From Nitrospirota bacterium (GTDB taxonomy: Bacteria > Nitrospirota > UBA9217), in contig CAVVOB010000030.1 of the NCBI GenBank assembly GCA_963749655.1, forward strand, positions 160,001 through 224,000: 64,000 nt of DNA. The letters run 5' to 3'. A program made the translations under genes and the position numbers. Each line of letters opens with the position of its first letter. Position 1 is the stretch's first letter. Under the pieces are notes generated by a model, which saw only the letters and a list, made by a program, of their open reading frames with translations, did no database searches and was not told the origin of the DNA. Shown one piece after another: positions 27,535 through 37,921 of the stretch.

Positions 27535-27667
27535 TGCCTGAAGAATGCTGGACCGCGGCAGGCAGAGCCGGAGCTGATAACGGACGGCTGGAGAGAGGCA
27601 CGAACAGGTTCATGTTCCGGGCGAGCTGCATTGGAAACAGCTTTGACAGGTCGGCATTGCGTAGACG

Positions 27668-29254
27668 ATGAGAAATAAGAACAGGGCAAGAAAAGACGAG
27701 GACGGGGAAAAACCGAGTGGCGGCGCGTTTATCGCTACCATGCTCGTTTCCCTGTCGCTTGTCCTCCTCATCGCTCTTCTCTATTTCAGGGTCGGCGGCT
27801 ACGAGTTCATCGAGCTCGACGACAATCAATATGTCGCGAATAACGCCCAGGTCAGGCAAGGTGTGACGTGGGAAGGGCTGTCCTGGGCTTTGTCGTCCCT
27901 TTCCCGGAGCAACTGGCATCCCGTAACGTGGCTGTCGCACATGCTCGACGTAGATCTCTTCGGCATGGATGCAGGCCGGCATCACCTGGTGAATGTCCTG
28001 CTCCACGCCTTCTCCGCAGTCCTGCTGTTCCTCGTGCTTCGCGCAATGACGACTGCAACGTGGCGGAGCGGTTTTGTCGCGGCCCTCTTCGCTGTTCATC
28101 CCCTCCATGTCGAGTCCGTGGCCTGGATCGCGGAGCGCAAAGATGTGCTCTCGGGCCTCTTTTTCATGCTTACACTGCTTGCCTACGCAAGATACGTGCG
28201 TCGGCCGGCAGTGTCGAGCTACCTTGTTCTTGCCGCGTTGTTCCTGCTGGGACTCATGTCCAAGCCGATGCTGGTGACGATGCCGTTTCTCTTGCTGCTT
28301 TTGGATATCTGGCCTCTGCAGAGAACGGCCGTGTCCGGCGGCAGCCTCAATTCCGGAGTCAGGGCGCTCTCGTGGAGACGTCTTGCGGCTGAAAAGATAC
28401 CCCTCCTTGTTCTCTCGATCGCGTCTGCAGTGATAACCCTCATCGCCCAGCAGAAAGCGATGGGCTTGTTCGATGTCCTTCCTCTTTCTACAAGGGCGGC
28501 CAATGCGGCAATTTCTTATGTCCGGTACCTCGTGAAAATGGTCTGGCCTGCGAATCTGGCGATCCCCTATCCCTATGCCGCCGACCGCGAGCCCTGGTGG
28601 GTGATAGCAGCGGCAGTCGTCATACTGGTATCGGTTTCCCTGCTGGTCGTGCGACAGATCAAATCGCGACCATATCTGGCGACAGGCTGGCTCTGGTATC
28701 TGATCATGCTGGCGCCCGTCTCAGGACTGATCCAGGTCGGTCGTCAGGCGATGGCGGACCGCTACACCTACCTGCCGCTGATCGGTCCGTTCATTGCGAT
28801 CACGTGGTTCATGGCTGAAACCGGACACGAAAGAACCCTTGTTCGGAAAGGTGTTCTTCCCCTTATGGCAATCGGTGTTCTTGCCGCCTTCTTTGCGGTA
28901 TCTTTTGTTCAGCTGAGCTACTGGCAAAACGGCGTAAGCCTGTTTTCCCATACCCTTGCCGTAACGTCCGGGAATGCAGATGCTCATAAGTTTTTTGCAA
29001 TCGCCTTGAGCAGGAGGGGGCAGTATGAGGATGCGATCAGACATTTCTCTTCTGCCTTGAACCTCAGACCTGATGATGCAGAGACCCAGAGGAATATGGG
29101 GCTGACCCTTGTTGCGATGGGCAGGCGGACGGATGCGGTCGCCCATTTCCGCGAAGCTGTCCGAATAGCACCGGACGACAAACTCGCCCGTTCTTTTCTT
29201 CAGGTATACGGACAAGAAAAACAGCAGGGCGAGGAAAAGCCAAATGCGGAATAG
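27668..29254 (+). CDS. Membrane GT-C/TMTC-like protein with C-terminal TPRs
   Basis: LDD..YV..N, WHPVTWLS, HPLHVESVAWIAERKD, ADRYTYLP, TPR tail. Confidence 0.85.
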   Translation: MRNKNRARKDEDGEKPSGGAFIATMLVSLSLVLLIALLYFRVGGYEFIELDDNQYVANNAQVRQGVTWEGLSWALSSLSRSNWHPVTWLSHMLDVDLFGMDAGRHHLVNVLLHAFSAVLLFLVLRAMTTATWRSGFVAALFAVHPLHVESVAWIAERKDVLSGLFFMLTLLAYARYVRRPAVSSYLVLAALFLLGLMSKPMLVTMPFLLLLLDIWPLQRTAVSGGSLNSGVRALSWRRLAAEKIPLLVLSIASAVITLIAQQKAMGLFDVLPLSTRAANAAISYVRYLVKMVWPANLAIPYPYAADREPWWVIAAAVVILVSVSLLVVRQIKSRPYLATGWLWYLIMLAPVSGLIQVGRQAMADRYTYLPLIGPFIAITWFMAETGHERTLVRKGVLPLMAIGVLAAFFAVSFVQLSYWQNGVSLFSHTLAVTSGNADAHKFFAIALSRRGQYEDAIRHFSSALNLRPDDAETQRNMGLTLVAMGRRTDAVAHFREAVRIAPDDKLARSFLQVYGQEKQQGEEKPNAE

Positions 29255-29385
29255 GACGCTTTGTCGAAAGGACGAGAACGAGGCGGTTCGGCCGCCTGAT
29301 CGGACGGAACCGCGTGCAACAGGATTTCCAGGCGCTCGCGGACCCCTGGAAAGGTCGCCCCGGCGAGACGCTGAGAAAAGAGGCC

Positions 29386-29784
29386 TCAGCGATCAGCTGA
29401 TTTCCGGAGAAGAGCGACCATTTTCCTCGCGAAATCGGCATCGCGGGTGTAGGGCCTGCGCTCGATGATCAGCAGGAATTCCCGCTCGGCCTCGACAGAC
29501 ATGCCGAGAGAGTAGTACGTAAGTGCCAGGTTGTTCCAGGCGTCCGTGAATTGCGGGTCGAGGGCAAGGGTGCGCTTCAACAGAGCAAGGGCTTCCGGGT
29601 GTCTTCCGGCGGACATGAGGGCAAAGGAGAGATTGTTCAGCAGGCGCACCTTGTCCGGGGACTTGAGTGCGGTGTCGGTCAGAAGGGAGATCTCGTCCCG
29701 ATAGATCTCCGACCTCGCGAAACTCATCGCGCCGAACGTCGCAATGAGCAGTGCTGCGCTTATCCACCGCAGTCGGTCGAGCAT
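29386..29784 (-). CDS. TPR repeat protein
   Basis: N-terminal hydrophobic helix, then NNLS...ALALDPQFTDAWNNLA. Confidence 0.75.
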   Translation of the reverse strand: MLDRLRWISAALLIATFGAMSFARSEIYRDEISLLTDTALKSPDKVRLLNNLSFALMSAGRHPEALALLKRTLALDPQFTDAWNNLALTYYSLGMSVEAEREFLLIIERRPYTRDADFARKMVALLRKSADR

Positions 29785-29916
29785 GGCGGTACAGTACCAT
29801 GACGCGGGGCGGGATGCAACATGATCGTGCGCGGTCCTGAGGGCCGCCGGACCTGTGAAGAAAATGCGGCGGAATTCATCCCGTGTTGCAATTGTATTAT
29901 TCAGCGGTTAAAATAG

Positions 29917-30843
29917 ATGATCATGGGCAAGACCGGGTTCCTCTATGACGACATATTCCTTCTCCATAAGCCGCCTTCCTGGCACCCTGACTCTCCGGAC
30001 CGCCTGCTTTCCATAATTACCGCGCTGAAAGCCTCTGGGCTTTGGCAAAGATTGATCGCCATTCCGCCGCGCAGGGCCTCGTTCGGCGACCTCCTGCGCG
30101 TGCACACCGCCGAGTACGTGGAGCACATAAAAAGCTTCGGAGCCGGCGAACTGGATCCCGACACGTTCCTGTCGGAAGGAAGCCTCGAGGCCGCGCTCCA
30201 CGCCGCCGGCGCCGTCATGGAGGCGGCCGCCCGGTGCAAGGCCGGGGAGATCGACCGCGCGTTCTGCGCAATCCGTCCGCCGGGGCACCACGCCGAAGCC
30301 GGCCAGGGAATGGGCTTCTGTATTTTCAACAACGTGGCCGTGGGCGCGCGGTATGCGCAGACCATCGGCTTTGAGCGCGTTTTCATCATCGATTTCGACG
30401 CACACCACGGCAACGGGACCCAGCATATCTTTGAAGAAGACGACCGGGTCTTTTATTTCAGCACCCACCAGTACCCCTACTATCCCGAGACAGGAAAGGA
30501 CATGGAGCGCGGCAGGGGCAGGGGCGAAGGGTACACCTACAATGTGCCGATCCTCGCAGGGTCGGGCAACAAGGATTACCTTGCGGTGTACCAGGACATT
30601 CTGCCCGGGCTGATCAGCCGGTTCAGGCCGGACCTGGTTCTCGTGTCCGCGGGCTATGACATTCACATGCACGATCCCCACGCGAACATCCGCATTACCG
30701 GCGAAGGCATCGAGGCTATCGTTCAGAGCATCCTGCGGTCCTGTCAGGCGATACCGGCTGTGTTCGTTCTTGAGGGCGGCTACGACCTGCCGTCGCTCGC
30801 TGATTCCGTGAAGATCACGATCGACGCGATGCTGCGGTTTTGA
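29917..30843 (+). CDS. Histone deacetylase family protein
   Basis: RPPGHHA, GFCIFNN, DFDAHHGNGTQ, SAGYD, LEGGY. Confidence 0.93.
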   Translation: MIMGKTGFLYDDIFLLHKPPSWHPDSPDRLLSIITALKASGLWQRLIAIPPRRASFGDLLRVHTAEYVEHIKSFGAGELDPDTFLSEGSLEAALHAAGAVMEAAARCKAGEIDRAFCAIRPPGHHAEAGQGMGFCIFNNVAVGARYAQTIGFERVFIIDFDAHHGNGTQHIFEEDDRVFYFSTHQYPYYPETGKDMERGRGRGEGYTYNVPILAGSGNKDYLAVYQDILPGLISRFRPDLVLVSAGYDIHMHDPHANIRITGEGIEAIVQSILRSCQAIPAVFVLEGGYDLPSLADSVKITIDAMLRF

Positions 30844-31015
30844 GCATTCAGGCGGCATTCGCCGTGAGTAATCACGCGCCCCGGCGTCCCCGGCTCTTGC
30901 CGGAGGGGCTCCGCAAAGTGCGATAAGTCGAAACTGACGGCGCTCCGGCGCAAGATCTTGACGAGGAAAACTGTTTACAGAACACCGTCGGCCGTGTTAT
31001 ATTTCCCCTCACCTT

Positions 31016-31279
31016 ATGATAAAACCGGGCCGTAAAATCAGGCTGTATACGCTCAGCACCTGCTCGCACTGCAATCGGACAAAGCGTTTCTTCCGCGAGA
31101 ACGGGATCGACATGGAATTTATTGATGTCGACCTTCTTACCGGCGAGGAGCGCGAGCAGATCATGAACGAAGTGCGCAAACTGAACCCGGACTGCAGTTT
31201 CCCGACCATCTGCATCGACGACGTCATTATCGTCGGCTTCAACGAGGACAAGCTCAAGAAGGCGCTGGAGATGCCATGA
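31016..31279 (+). CDS. Glutaredoxin-like protein
   Basis: LSTCSHC, SFPT, IVGF. Confidence 0.88.
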   Translation: MIKPGRKIRLYTLSTCSHCNRTKRFFRENGIDMEFIDVDLLTGEEREQIMNEVRKLNPDCSFPTICIDDVIIVGFNEDKLKKALEMP

Positions 31280-31608
31280 CGGCGGAGAAACTGTATGACA
31301 TCCTGTCGAAGTACGCGGCATCTCAGGGCATCCGCCTGAATAAGGACAAGCCCTTTGTCATGGATATCCTCGAGGGGCTCCTCACGAACGAAACGCGGTA
31401 CGGCTACCGCTCCTGCCCCTGCCGCCTTGCATGGGGCGTGAAGGATAAGGACGCGGACATCGTCTGTCCCTGTGTGTACCGCGATCCTGACATCAGGGAA
31501 TTCGGCAGCTGTTTTTGCGGCCTCTATGTGTCGATGGACTGGAACGAGGAACGGACCGCACACCGCCAGGTGCCTGAACGAAGACCGAAAGAGAAACGGG
31601 TGATGTAG
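31276..31608 (+). CDS. Ferredoxin:thioredoxin reductase catalytic subunit-like
   Basis: CPC...CPC...CFC motifs. Confidence 0.9.
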   Translation: MTAEKLYDILSKYAASQGIRLNKDKPFVMDILEGLLTNETRYGYRSCPCRLAWGVKDKDADIVCPCVYRDPDIREFGSCFCGLYVSMDWNEERTAHRQVPERRPKEKRVM

Positions 31609-31677
31609 CGTTGACGGAAGCAAAGCCTGCGGTCGAGTGCGCAGAGGAAGAGGCGGAAAATTCTTGAGAAGGATAGA

Positions 31678-32082
31678 ATGATGAAAAAGAAAGCACATGC
31701 CGGGAAAAAGAAGCCGGCCATGCCTGAATTCGAGTTTAAGGAGTTCACCGCCGAGGAAAACCGGGTCTACGAAGAGTCGGTGAACAGGCTCCGCGAACAG
31801 ATGGCAGCCGGAAAGACCCTCCGCCAGGCTTATGAAAGCGTCGTGATCGAGAACAAGGATCTGGAGAAGCTGATCCAGGCGGATTTTCTGAAGATCATGA
31901 TCGCGGAACGGCATTACGGCCAGCGCCAGGCGCTGGAGGATGTCGCCCGCGCCCTCGATGTTCCCCTTGATCTCCTCAAGGACACCAATGCGCGGATGCT
32001 GCAAGAGGCCGGTGTAGCAGCTGCAAATGATTTCGGGCGCGAGTTCGGCGATTTGACGTCGGATGCGAAGACGAACGACTGA
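31678..32082 (+). CDS. Hypothetical protein
   Basis: 134-aa ORF with host-like codon usage, in operon context. Confidence 0.7.
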   Translation: MMKKKAHAGKKKPAMPEFEFKEFTAEENRVYEESVNRLREQMAAGKTLRQAYESVVIENKDLEKLIQADFLKIMIAERHYGQRQALEDVARALDVPLDLLKDTNARMLQEAGVAAANDFGREFGDLTSDAKTND

Positions 32083-32224
32083 CCACGTTGCGGCTCCTGC
32101 CTGAAGCATGCTTCGCCTTTCGAAACTCGATGTATCCCGCAGACGGTCGTCCTTTTTTTGTCCTTCAAGCCCCTGCAGAGCACAGTACAGGCCGCGTGGA
32201 TAGAAGCGCTTTTCATCGGATCCT

Positions 32225-32980
32225 ATGACAAGCTTTTTAATCGGTTTTTTAGCGGGAATATTCGGCGGTCTCGTCGGCCTCGGAGGCGGGGTCATCATGA
32301 TCCCGCTCATGGTCGGAGTCCTCAAGCTGGACCAGCACAAGGCGCACGGCACCAGCCTCGTGGCGCTGGTCTTTACGGGAATTTCCGGCGCTGTTGCCTA
32401 CGGAGTGAAGGGGACTGTCGACGTCACGGCCGCCGTGCTGATGGCGGCGACCGCCATTATCACCGCGCGCGCAGGCGCCCATTTCGCCCACTCGCTTCCG
32501 GAATGGAAGCTCAAGAGGTCTTTCGGCGGATTTCTTATTGCCGTCTCGACGCTGCTGCTGTGCAAGCCTTTTCTTCCCCATGTCGCGGCGACGGGGGCGG
32601 GTTTTCTGAAGATCACAGTCCTTCTTCTGACCGGCGTCTTTACGGGCTTTTTGTCCGGGATGATGGGCGTCGGAGGGGGCACCATCATGGTTCCCGCCAT
32701 GGTGCTGCTCGCCGGTTTTGAGCAGCATCTGGCCCAGGGAAGCTCGCTGCTGGCCATGGTCCCTGCGGGTGCGGTTGGGGCCTTTACGCACTGGAAACTG
32801 GGCAATGTCAGGACGTCCCTGCTCACGGGCATGATCCCCGGGATCCTGATCGGCACCTATCTGGGCGGCACCCTCGCCCATGGTCTGTCGGAGGGGACCT
32901 TGCGGATCGTGTTTGCCGCGGTCCTGATCTGGACCGGCGCCCGGTACCTCAGGACCCGGAAACCCGCGGACACTGCATAA
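32225..32980 (+). CDS. Sulfite exporter TauE/SafE family
   Basis: Duplicated GLVGLGGGVIMIP / GMMGVGGGTIMVP and AHGTSL / AQGSSL. Confidence 0.9.
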   Translation: MTSFLIGFLAGIFGGLVGLGGGVIMIPLMVGVLKLDQHKAHGTSLVALVFTGISGAVAYGVKGTVDVTAAVLMAATAIITARAGAHFAHSLPEWKLKRSFGGFLIAVSTLLLCKPFLPHVAATGAGFLKITVLLLTGVFTGFLSGMMGVGGGTIMVPAMVLLAGFEQHLAQGSSLLAMVPAGAVGAFTHWKLGNVRTSLLTGMIPGILIGTYLGGTLAHGLSEGTLRIVFAAVLIWTGARYLRTRKPADTA

Positions 32981-33084
32981 CGCATCCGCTGACAGGCCGC
33001 GCTCCTCAACCCTTCTTCGTGCATCCCGCCATCGAAGCTCTTTCATCTTGTCATGATCGGGACAATACGCTATTATTAATTACC

Positions 33085-33372
33085 GTGAAAGCGTGTCATG
33101 CGTGCCATAAGGAGCTGTCGCTCGGCAGGAGCATCGGCAGGCGGGACGTCTGTCCCTCCTGCGGAGCCGATCTGCACTGCTGCCTCAACTGTTCCTTCTA
33201 CGATCGGTCCGTCTCCAAACAGTGCCGCGAACCTGCGGCGGAGCTTGTAAAAGAGAAGTCCTGCGCCAATTTCTGCGATTTTTCCCGGTTTGCGGAAAGG
33301 GGCGAGGCGACGGGGGCCGGTTCCCCGGCGGAGCAGGCGCGAAAGGCGCTCGACGATCTTTTCAAAAGATAG
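33085..33372 (+). CDS. Cys-rich zinc-ribbon hypothetical protein
   Basis: CHAC, CPSCGADLHCCLNC, ANFCDF. Confidence 0.75.
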   Translation: MKACHACHKELSLGRSIGRRDVCPSCGADLHCCLNCSFYDRSVSKQCREPAAELVKEKSCANFCDFSRFAERGEATGAGSPAEQARKALDDLFKR

Positions 33373-33392
33373 CGTTGTCCCGTTTATCCGGC

Positions 33393-34127
33393 ATGATAAA
33401 AATCGATAAAAAAATAGTGGCAGGCTTCGTGGTAGCCGGCGCTGTTCTGGGCGGCATCTTTTACCTGATGTACGTTCACGGCTACATCGCCTATTTTACA
33501 GACCGGCGCCGCCTGCTGCAGGTCATCAACGAGCACCGCGCCTATGCGGCCCTGATCTTTATCGGACTTCAGGTACTGCAGGTAATTGCCGCGCCGGTTC
33601 CCGGAGAAGTGACGGGTTTTGTGGGAGGGATGGTATTCGGCACTGCATGGGGGGTGCTGTACTCGACCGTGGGCCTGACGCTGGGCTCCTGGATCGCCTT
33701 CCTTCTTGCCAGGATAGCCGGCCGCCCCGTGGTCGAGATGGTGGTGAAGCCTGAGACGATCAGGCGGTACGACTACGTGATGAAGCACAAGGGGATGTTC
33801 CTTGCTTTTCTCATGTTTCTGATCCCCGGCTTCCCCAAGGACATCCTCTGCTACGTCCTCGGGCTGGGGCATATGAGGAATCGTGATTTCCTCGTCGTGT
33901 CCACCACCGGACGGCTCTTCGGCACCACGCTCCTGACTCTCGGCGGAGCATTCTTCCGTGAAAAGCACTATGGAGCGCTCTTCACCCTGGTAGGCATCAG
34001 CCTCATTCTTATTCTGCTCACCATGATCTACCGCGAGTCAATCGAACGCTGGTTCCGGAGAATGCGCGTAGCCCAGCGGCTCAAGGACCGCTCCGTACGC
34101 CGCCGGGAGAACAAGAACGGAGGATAG
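33393..34127 (+). CDS. TVP38/TMEM64 (VTT/DedA) family membrane protein
   Basis: LQVIAAPVPGE..GFVGG, FLIPGFPKDILCY. Confidence 0.88.
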   Translation: MIKIDKKIVAGFVVAGAVLGGIFYLMYVHGYIAYFTDRRRLLQVINEHRAYAALIFIGLQVLQVIAAPVPGEVTGFVGGMVFGTAWGVLYSTVGLTLGSWIAFLLARIAGRPVVEMVVKPETIRRYDYVMKHKGMFLAFLMFLIPGFPKDILCYVLGLGHMRNRDFLVVSTTGRLFGTTLLTLGGAFFREKHYGALFTLVGISLILILLTMIYRESIERWFRRMRVAQRLKDRSVRRRENKNGG

Positions 34128-34130
34128 GGA

Positions 34131-34817
34131 TCAGACGCCTTTTCTGGTCCTGTCCCGACGGTCCTGCTGCACTCCTCCGCTCACGCGGTCCTTGTATTTC
34201 TTGTTGATGATGGCGCAGACCTCTTCAGGCTCGTCCACGACATGCATGAGGTCAAGGTCCTCAGGGTTGATGTTGCGCTCCGCAAGCATCGTTTTCCTCA
34301 GCCACTCCAGCATGCCCGCCCAGTACTCCCTGCCGACGAGCACCACCGGAAAGCTCCGGATCTTCTTGGTCTGAATGAGCGTCAGGGCCTCGAACAGCTC
34401 ATCCATCGTGCCGAAGCCGCCCGGAAAGATCACATAGGCCACGGCGTACTTTACGAACATCAGCTTGCGGACAAAGAAGTATCTGAACTCGACGCGGATG
34501 TCCTGGAACGTATTCGGTTCCTGTTCCATGGGCAGGGCGATGTTCAATCCGACGGACACGCCGTTCGCGTTCTGCGCACCCTTGTTAGCGGCCTCCATGA
34601 TGCCGGGGCCTCCGCCTGAGATCACGGCGAAGCCGTCCCTCGCCAGGCTTTCGGCGACTTTCAGACATTTGTTGTAGTAGGGGGAGCCCGGCTGAAGTCT
34701 CGCGCTTCCGAAGATGGTTACTGCCGGTCCGATGTTGTTCAGCGCTTCAAATCCTTCGACCAGTTCCGCCATGATGCGGAACACGCGCCAGGTGTCGGAC
34801 TTTGCAAGATCTTCCAT
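34131..34817 (-). CDS. LOG family (TIGR00730) protein
   Basis: FGSAR, SGGGPGIMEAAN, PGGFGTMDELFE. Confidence 0.92.
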   Translation of the reverse strand: MEDLAKSDTWRVFRIMAELVEGFEALNNIGPAVTIFGSARLQPGSPYYNKCLKVAESLARDGFAVISGGGPGIMEAANKGAQNANGVSVGLNIALPMEQEPNTFQDIRVEFRYFFVRKLMFVKYAVAYVIFPGGFGTMDELFEALTLIQTKKIRSFPVVLVGREYWAGMLEWLRKTMLAERNINPEDLDLMHVVDEPEEVCAIINKKYKDRVSGGVQQDRRDRTRKGV

Positions 34818-34929
34818 TCAGTCATTCTCCTTCTTTGACAGGATATGATGCCGTTTCATTATTATGGTTGCTGCGGGGTGGCGCAGGTCGCGTGAAGCAG
34901 CCGAGGCGCCGGTCCGATGCTGCCGGCCG

Positions 34930-35994
34930 TTATTTGGCCGAGTATTCATCGCGGTAGATCTGGACAAAGACCGAGAGCAGCGTTATTACGAGGGGGCCGA
35001 AGAGGATGCCCAGAAAGCCGTAAACCTGGAGGCCGCCGAGGATCGAGATGAACAGCGCGAATGAAGAAATCCGGGCCTTTCTTCCGATGATCATCGGTTT
35101 CAGTATATTGTCGGGCAGGCTTACGAGGGCCAATCCCCAGATGAACAGAAAGAGGGCTTTGAGCGCCGTTCCCGAGAGGTAGAGGTAGACGGCGCCGGGC
35201 AGCCAGACGAGCGCAGCGCCGCCGACGGGCAGGAGCGCGAGGACCGCGGCCACGACCCCCCAGAACACGGAAAAAGGAACGCCGAAGAGGGCAAACCCCA
35301 GGCCGCACATGAATCCCTGCAGCAGGGCTATCAGGAAGATACCGTTCACGACGGCGGTGAACGTGTCCTGGAACTTCTGCATGATGGACCGCTTGTGGTC
35401 CGGTGAAAAAGGCAGGAGGTCCATGGCCGTGTGATAGTATGCTTCGCCGTTCCTGAAGAAGAAATAGAGGGAAACGAGCATGATGAAGAGGTTCATGCTG
35501 ACGAGCAGCATGTTCTTCAGCATGTCTCCGAATCCCGTGGCCATCTTCGAGGAGAACTGTGTCAGTCCATTGATGACGGCGCCCTTCAAATCGAAGTCCG
35601 CCAGGAACGGAAACCTGTCGATTACGGGACCGCTCAACCGGATCCACTCTTCAGCCAGCTTTCCGGACTTCGCGAGACCGGACACCCACTCGTAGAAGTC
35701 AACGGCCTGGGCAGCGAGGACCGACAGCAGCACTATGGCAGGACCGATCACGACCAGCACCGTCGTCACCGTCATGAGCCCGGCAGCAAGGGCAGAGCGG
35801 CCCTTCAGCCGCCGAACGAGCTTCTTGTACAGGGGGTACAGGGCGAGGGTCAGGATCATGGCCCACAAGAACGCTGAGGAATAGGGCGAGATGATGCGGG
35901 CCAGCTGATAGAGGAGAAAGAAAAGGACGGCGAAGAAAGCAACCGCAAAAAGGCGCGAACGGGTCACGAACTGCGGCATCTGATCCGGACTCAT
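34930..35994 (-). CDS. AI-2E family transporter
   Basis: Multi-TM, with DNILKP and GGL..YGFLGILFGP. The real start MSPDQ overlaps the pdxA stop. Confidence 0.9.
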   Translation of the reverse strand: MSPDQMPQFVTRSRLFAVAFFAVLFFLLYQLARIISPYSSAFLWAMILTLALYPLYKKLVRRLKGRSALAAGLMTVTTVLVVIGPAIVLLSVLAAQAVDFYEWVSGLAKSGKLAEEWIRLSGPVIDRFPFLADFDLKGAVINGLTQFSSKMATGFGDMLKNMLLVSMNLFIMLVSLYFFFRNGEAYYHTAMDLLPFSPDHKRSIMQKFQDTFTAVVNGIFLIALLQGFMCGLGFALFGVPFSVFWGVVAAVLALLPVGGAALVWLPGAVYLYLSGTALKALFLFIWGLALVSLPDNILKPMIIGRKARISSFALFISILGGLQVYGFLGILFGPLVITLLSVFVQIYRDEYSAK

Positions 35995-37010
35995 GCGTTC
36001 CCCCCCCGCGCGGCCTTCGAAAATCCGGCCATCTTCGCAGCGAGCTTCACTGCTTCGAACAGGCTTGCCGGGTCGGCGCAGCCCTTGCCCGCGATGTCGT
36101 AGGCGGTACCGTGGTCGACGGAGGTCCGGATGATGGGGAGACCGACGGTGACGTTCACGGCATTGCCGAAGGCCAGCATCTTGAGCGGCGCCAGGCCCTG
36201 GTCGTGGTACATGGCTACGACGATGTCGTAATGGCTGTTCCGGGCCTTGTAGAAGAGGGTATCGGCCGGCAGGGGGTCGCTTGCGTGAATACCTTCCTGC
36301 CGCGCTTTGATCACCGCGGGAAGGATGATGTCCCATTCTTCGGATCCGAAGAGCCTGCCCTCTCCTGCATGGGGATTCAGGGCAGCGACGCCTATCCTCG
36401 GCTGGTCGAAGCCGAACAGCCGCATGGCACGATGGGCGAGGCGCAACGTCTTCAGGATCCCGGGGATCGTGATATGAGACGGGACGTCCTTGAGCGCCAT
36501 ATGAATGGTGGCCAGGATCACCCGCAGACCGCCACCCACGAACAGCATGCCGTATTCCTTTGATCCGGTCAGCTCTGCGAGCAGTTCCGTGTGGCCGGCG
36601 TAGTGGTGCCCTGCCGCATTCATCATTTCCTTGCTGATCGGAGCGGTCACGATAGCGGCCGCTTCGCCTTTCACGGCGGCGTCGACCGCTTTGCGGATAT
36701 ATTCTACGACGGATTTTCCCGAGGCCGCGCCGGGCTTGCCCCAATTGTGGCTCGCGGGGTCCACCTGCTTGAGGTCGAGGACGTCCAGTTTTCCGGGAGC
36801 GGGATCGGCCTCGGCCAGCGCTGAAATTGCGCGCACGGTGATGGAGAAGCGCATTTCTTCGATCAGTTTCTTCATTACTACGGCGTCGCCGATTACAACC
36901 GGTCTGCACAGAGGGAGCAACTCGCCGCTGTCGATGACTTTGGCGATGATCTCAGGCCCGATGCCTACAGGGTCGCCCATGGTTATGACTATGAGGGGTC
37001 TTTGTTCCAT
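35991..37010 (-). CDS. pdxA: 4-hydroxythreonine-4-phosphate dehydrogenase
   Basis: MGDPVGIGPE, GHTE, LNPHAGE, MYHDQG, RTSVDHGTA. Confidence 0.95.
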   Translation of the reverse strand: MEQRPLIVITMGDPVGIGPEIIAKVIDSGELLPLCRPVVIGDAVVMKKLIEEMRFSITVRAISALAEADPAPGKLDVLDLKQVDPASHNWGKPGAASGKSVVEYIRKAVDAAVKGEAAAIVTAPISKEMMNAAGHHYAGHTELLAELTGSKEYGMLFVGGGLRVILATIHMALKDVPSHITIPGILKTLRLAHRAMRLFGFDQPRIGVAALNPHAGEGRLFGSEEWDIILPAVIKARQEGIHASDPLPADTLFYKARNSHYDIVVAMYHDQGLAPLKMLAFGNAVNVTVGLPIIRTSVDHGTAYDIAGKGCADPASLFEAVKLAAKMAGFSKAARGGNA

Positions 37011-37276
37011 ACGATATCTTCCTGTTGTATTGCTGCTTCCGATGTGACGCGGTAAAGGTCGTCGGACGGCCTTCCCTTGCCGGCGGGCACCTTCAGGACT
37101 TCCAGAGTAATGCTGCGCCGGGTGAATTTCAGGGTTATCGAATCGCCCTGCTTGAGCTCCTTCGCAGGCTTTGCTTCCCGTTCATTGACGAGAACCCTGC
37201 CGCTGTCGCACATCTCACGGGCAATGGAGCGCCGTTTTACGAGCCTGCTGGTCTTCAGGAAGAGATCAAGACGCAC
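36989..37276 (-). CDS. S4 domain RNA-binding protein (Hsp15/YabO-like)
   Basis: MRLDLFLKTSRLVKRRSIAREMCDSGRV. Confidence 0.9.
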   Translation of the reverse strand: MRLDLFLKTSRLVKRRSIAREMCDSGRVLVNEREAKPAKELKQGDSITLKFTRRSITLEVLKVPAGKGRPSDDLYRVTSEAAIQQEDIVWNKDPS

Positions 37277-37361
37277 GTTTCAATTGTATCGGAAACCAGG
37301 CGGTTTTACAACCTGAATTCAGACGGCCGAATGCCGCGCTCCCCGTTTGCATCAACGGGTG

Positions 37362-37841
37362 TCAGAACGGTTGCGAGAGGCTTTCCACGAGGCGGTCCGC
37401 CTCTGCTGTGATTATCCGGTGGTCGCGGAGAATGCGGGTTTTGGCCTCGAAAATATAGGCATGCAGGTCAGGGGCGAGGTCCGGAGGCAGCTCATCCTCA
37501 TCGAGAATGTGAACGGATCCCTTCCCGTCGGTCAGGATATCGATTGCGAGGTCCCGCCAGGAGAAAAGGTCCGTTCGCAGCACTATTCCGTCAGCGACAT
37601 TGAAATAGTACAGGATCTGTCCTATTCGCGGGAGACGCCAGAGGTAGAGCGTGTAGGGTCGATTCGTCCAGTAGAAGGCATGGGTTGTGTCGCCGGGAGC
37701 CAGGTGATAACCGTCTATGTCATATGCCTGGTCTATGACATAACGGAGGGCGCCGAAATCACCGTCAAGTTTTACGAGTTCGCAGGAGTACTCGTGCACG
37801 TCGCCGGAGAGGAGATGTTTTTGTTCTATGCAGGTCGTCAT
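37362..37841 (-). CDS. DUF402 domain protein
   Basis: YYFNVAD...WRDLAIDI...ILDEDEL. Confidence 0.75.
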   Translation of the reverse strand: MTTCIEQKHLLSGDVHEYSCELVKLDGDFGALRYVIDQAYDIDGYHLAPGDTTHAFYWTNRPYTLYLWRLPRIGQILYYFNVADGIVLRTDLFSWRDLAIDILTDGKGSVHILDEDELPPDLAPDLHAYIFEAKTRILRDHRIITAEADRLVESLSQPF

Positions 37842-37921
37842 AGGGTGAAGGGCTGCGGAAAACGTGCCGATCCGACCGGGGTACGGTCACAAAATCCAGT
37901 GACGAAGGCATTCCTCCAGCG

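Noticed and set aside
34930-36909. 659-aa ORF as a fusion protein
   Set aside because: The N-terminal half is an alternative frame over pdxA. The real AI-2E gene starts at 35994.
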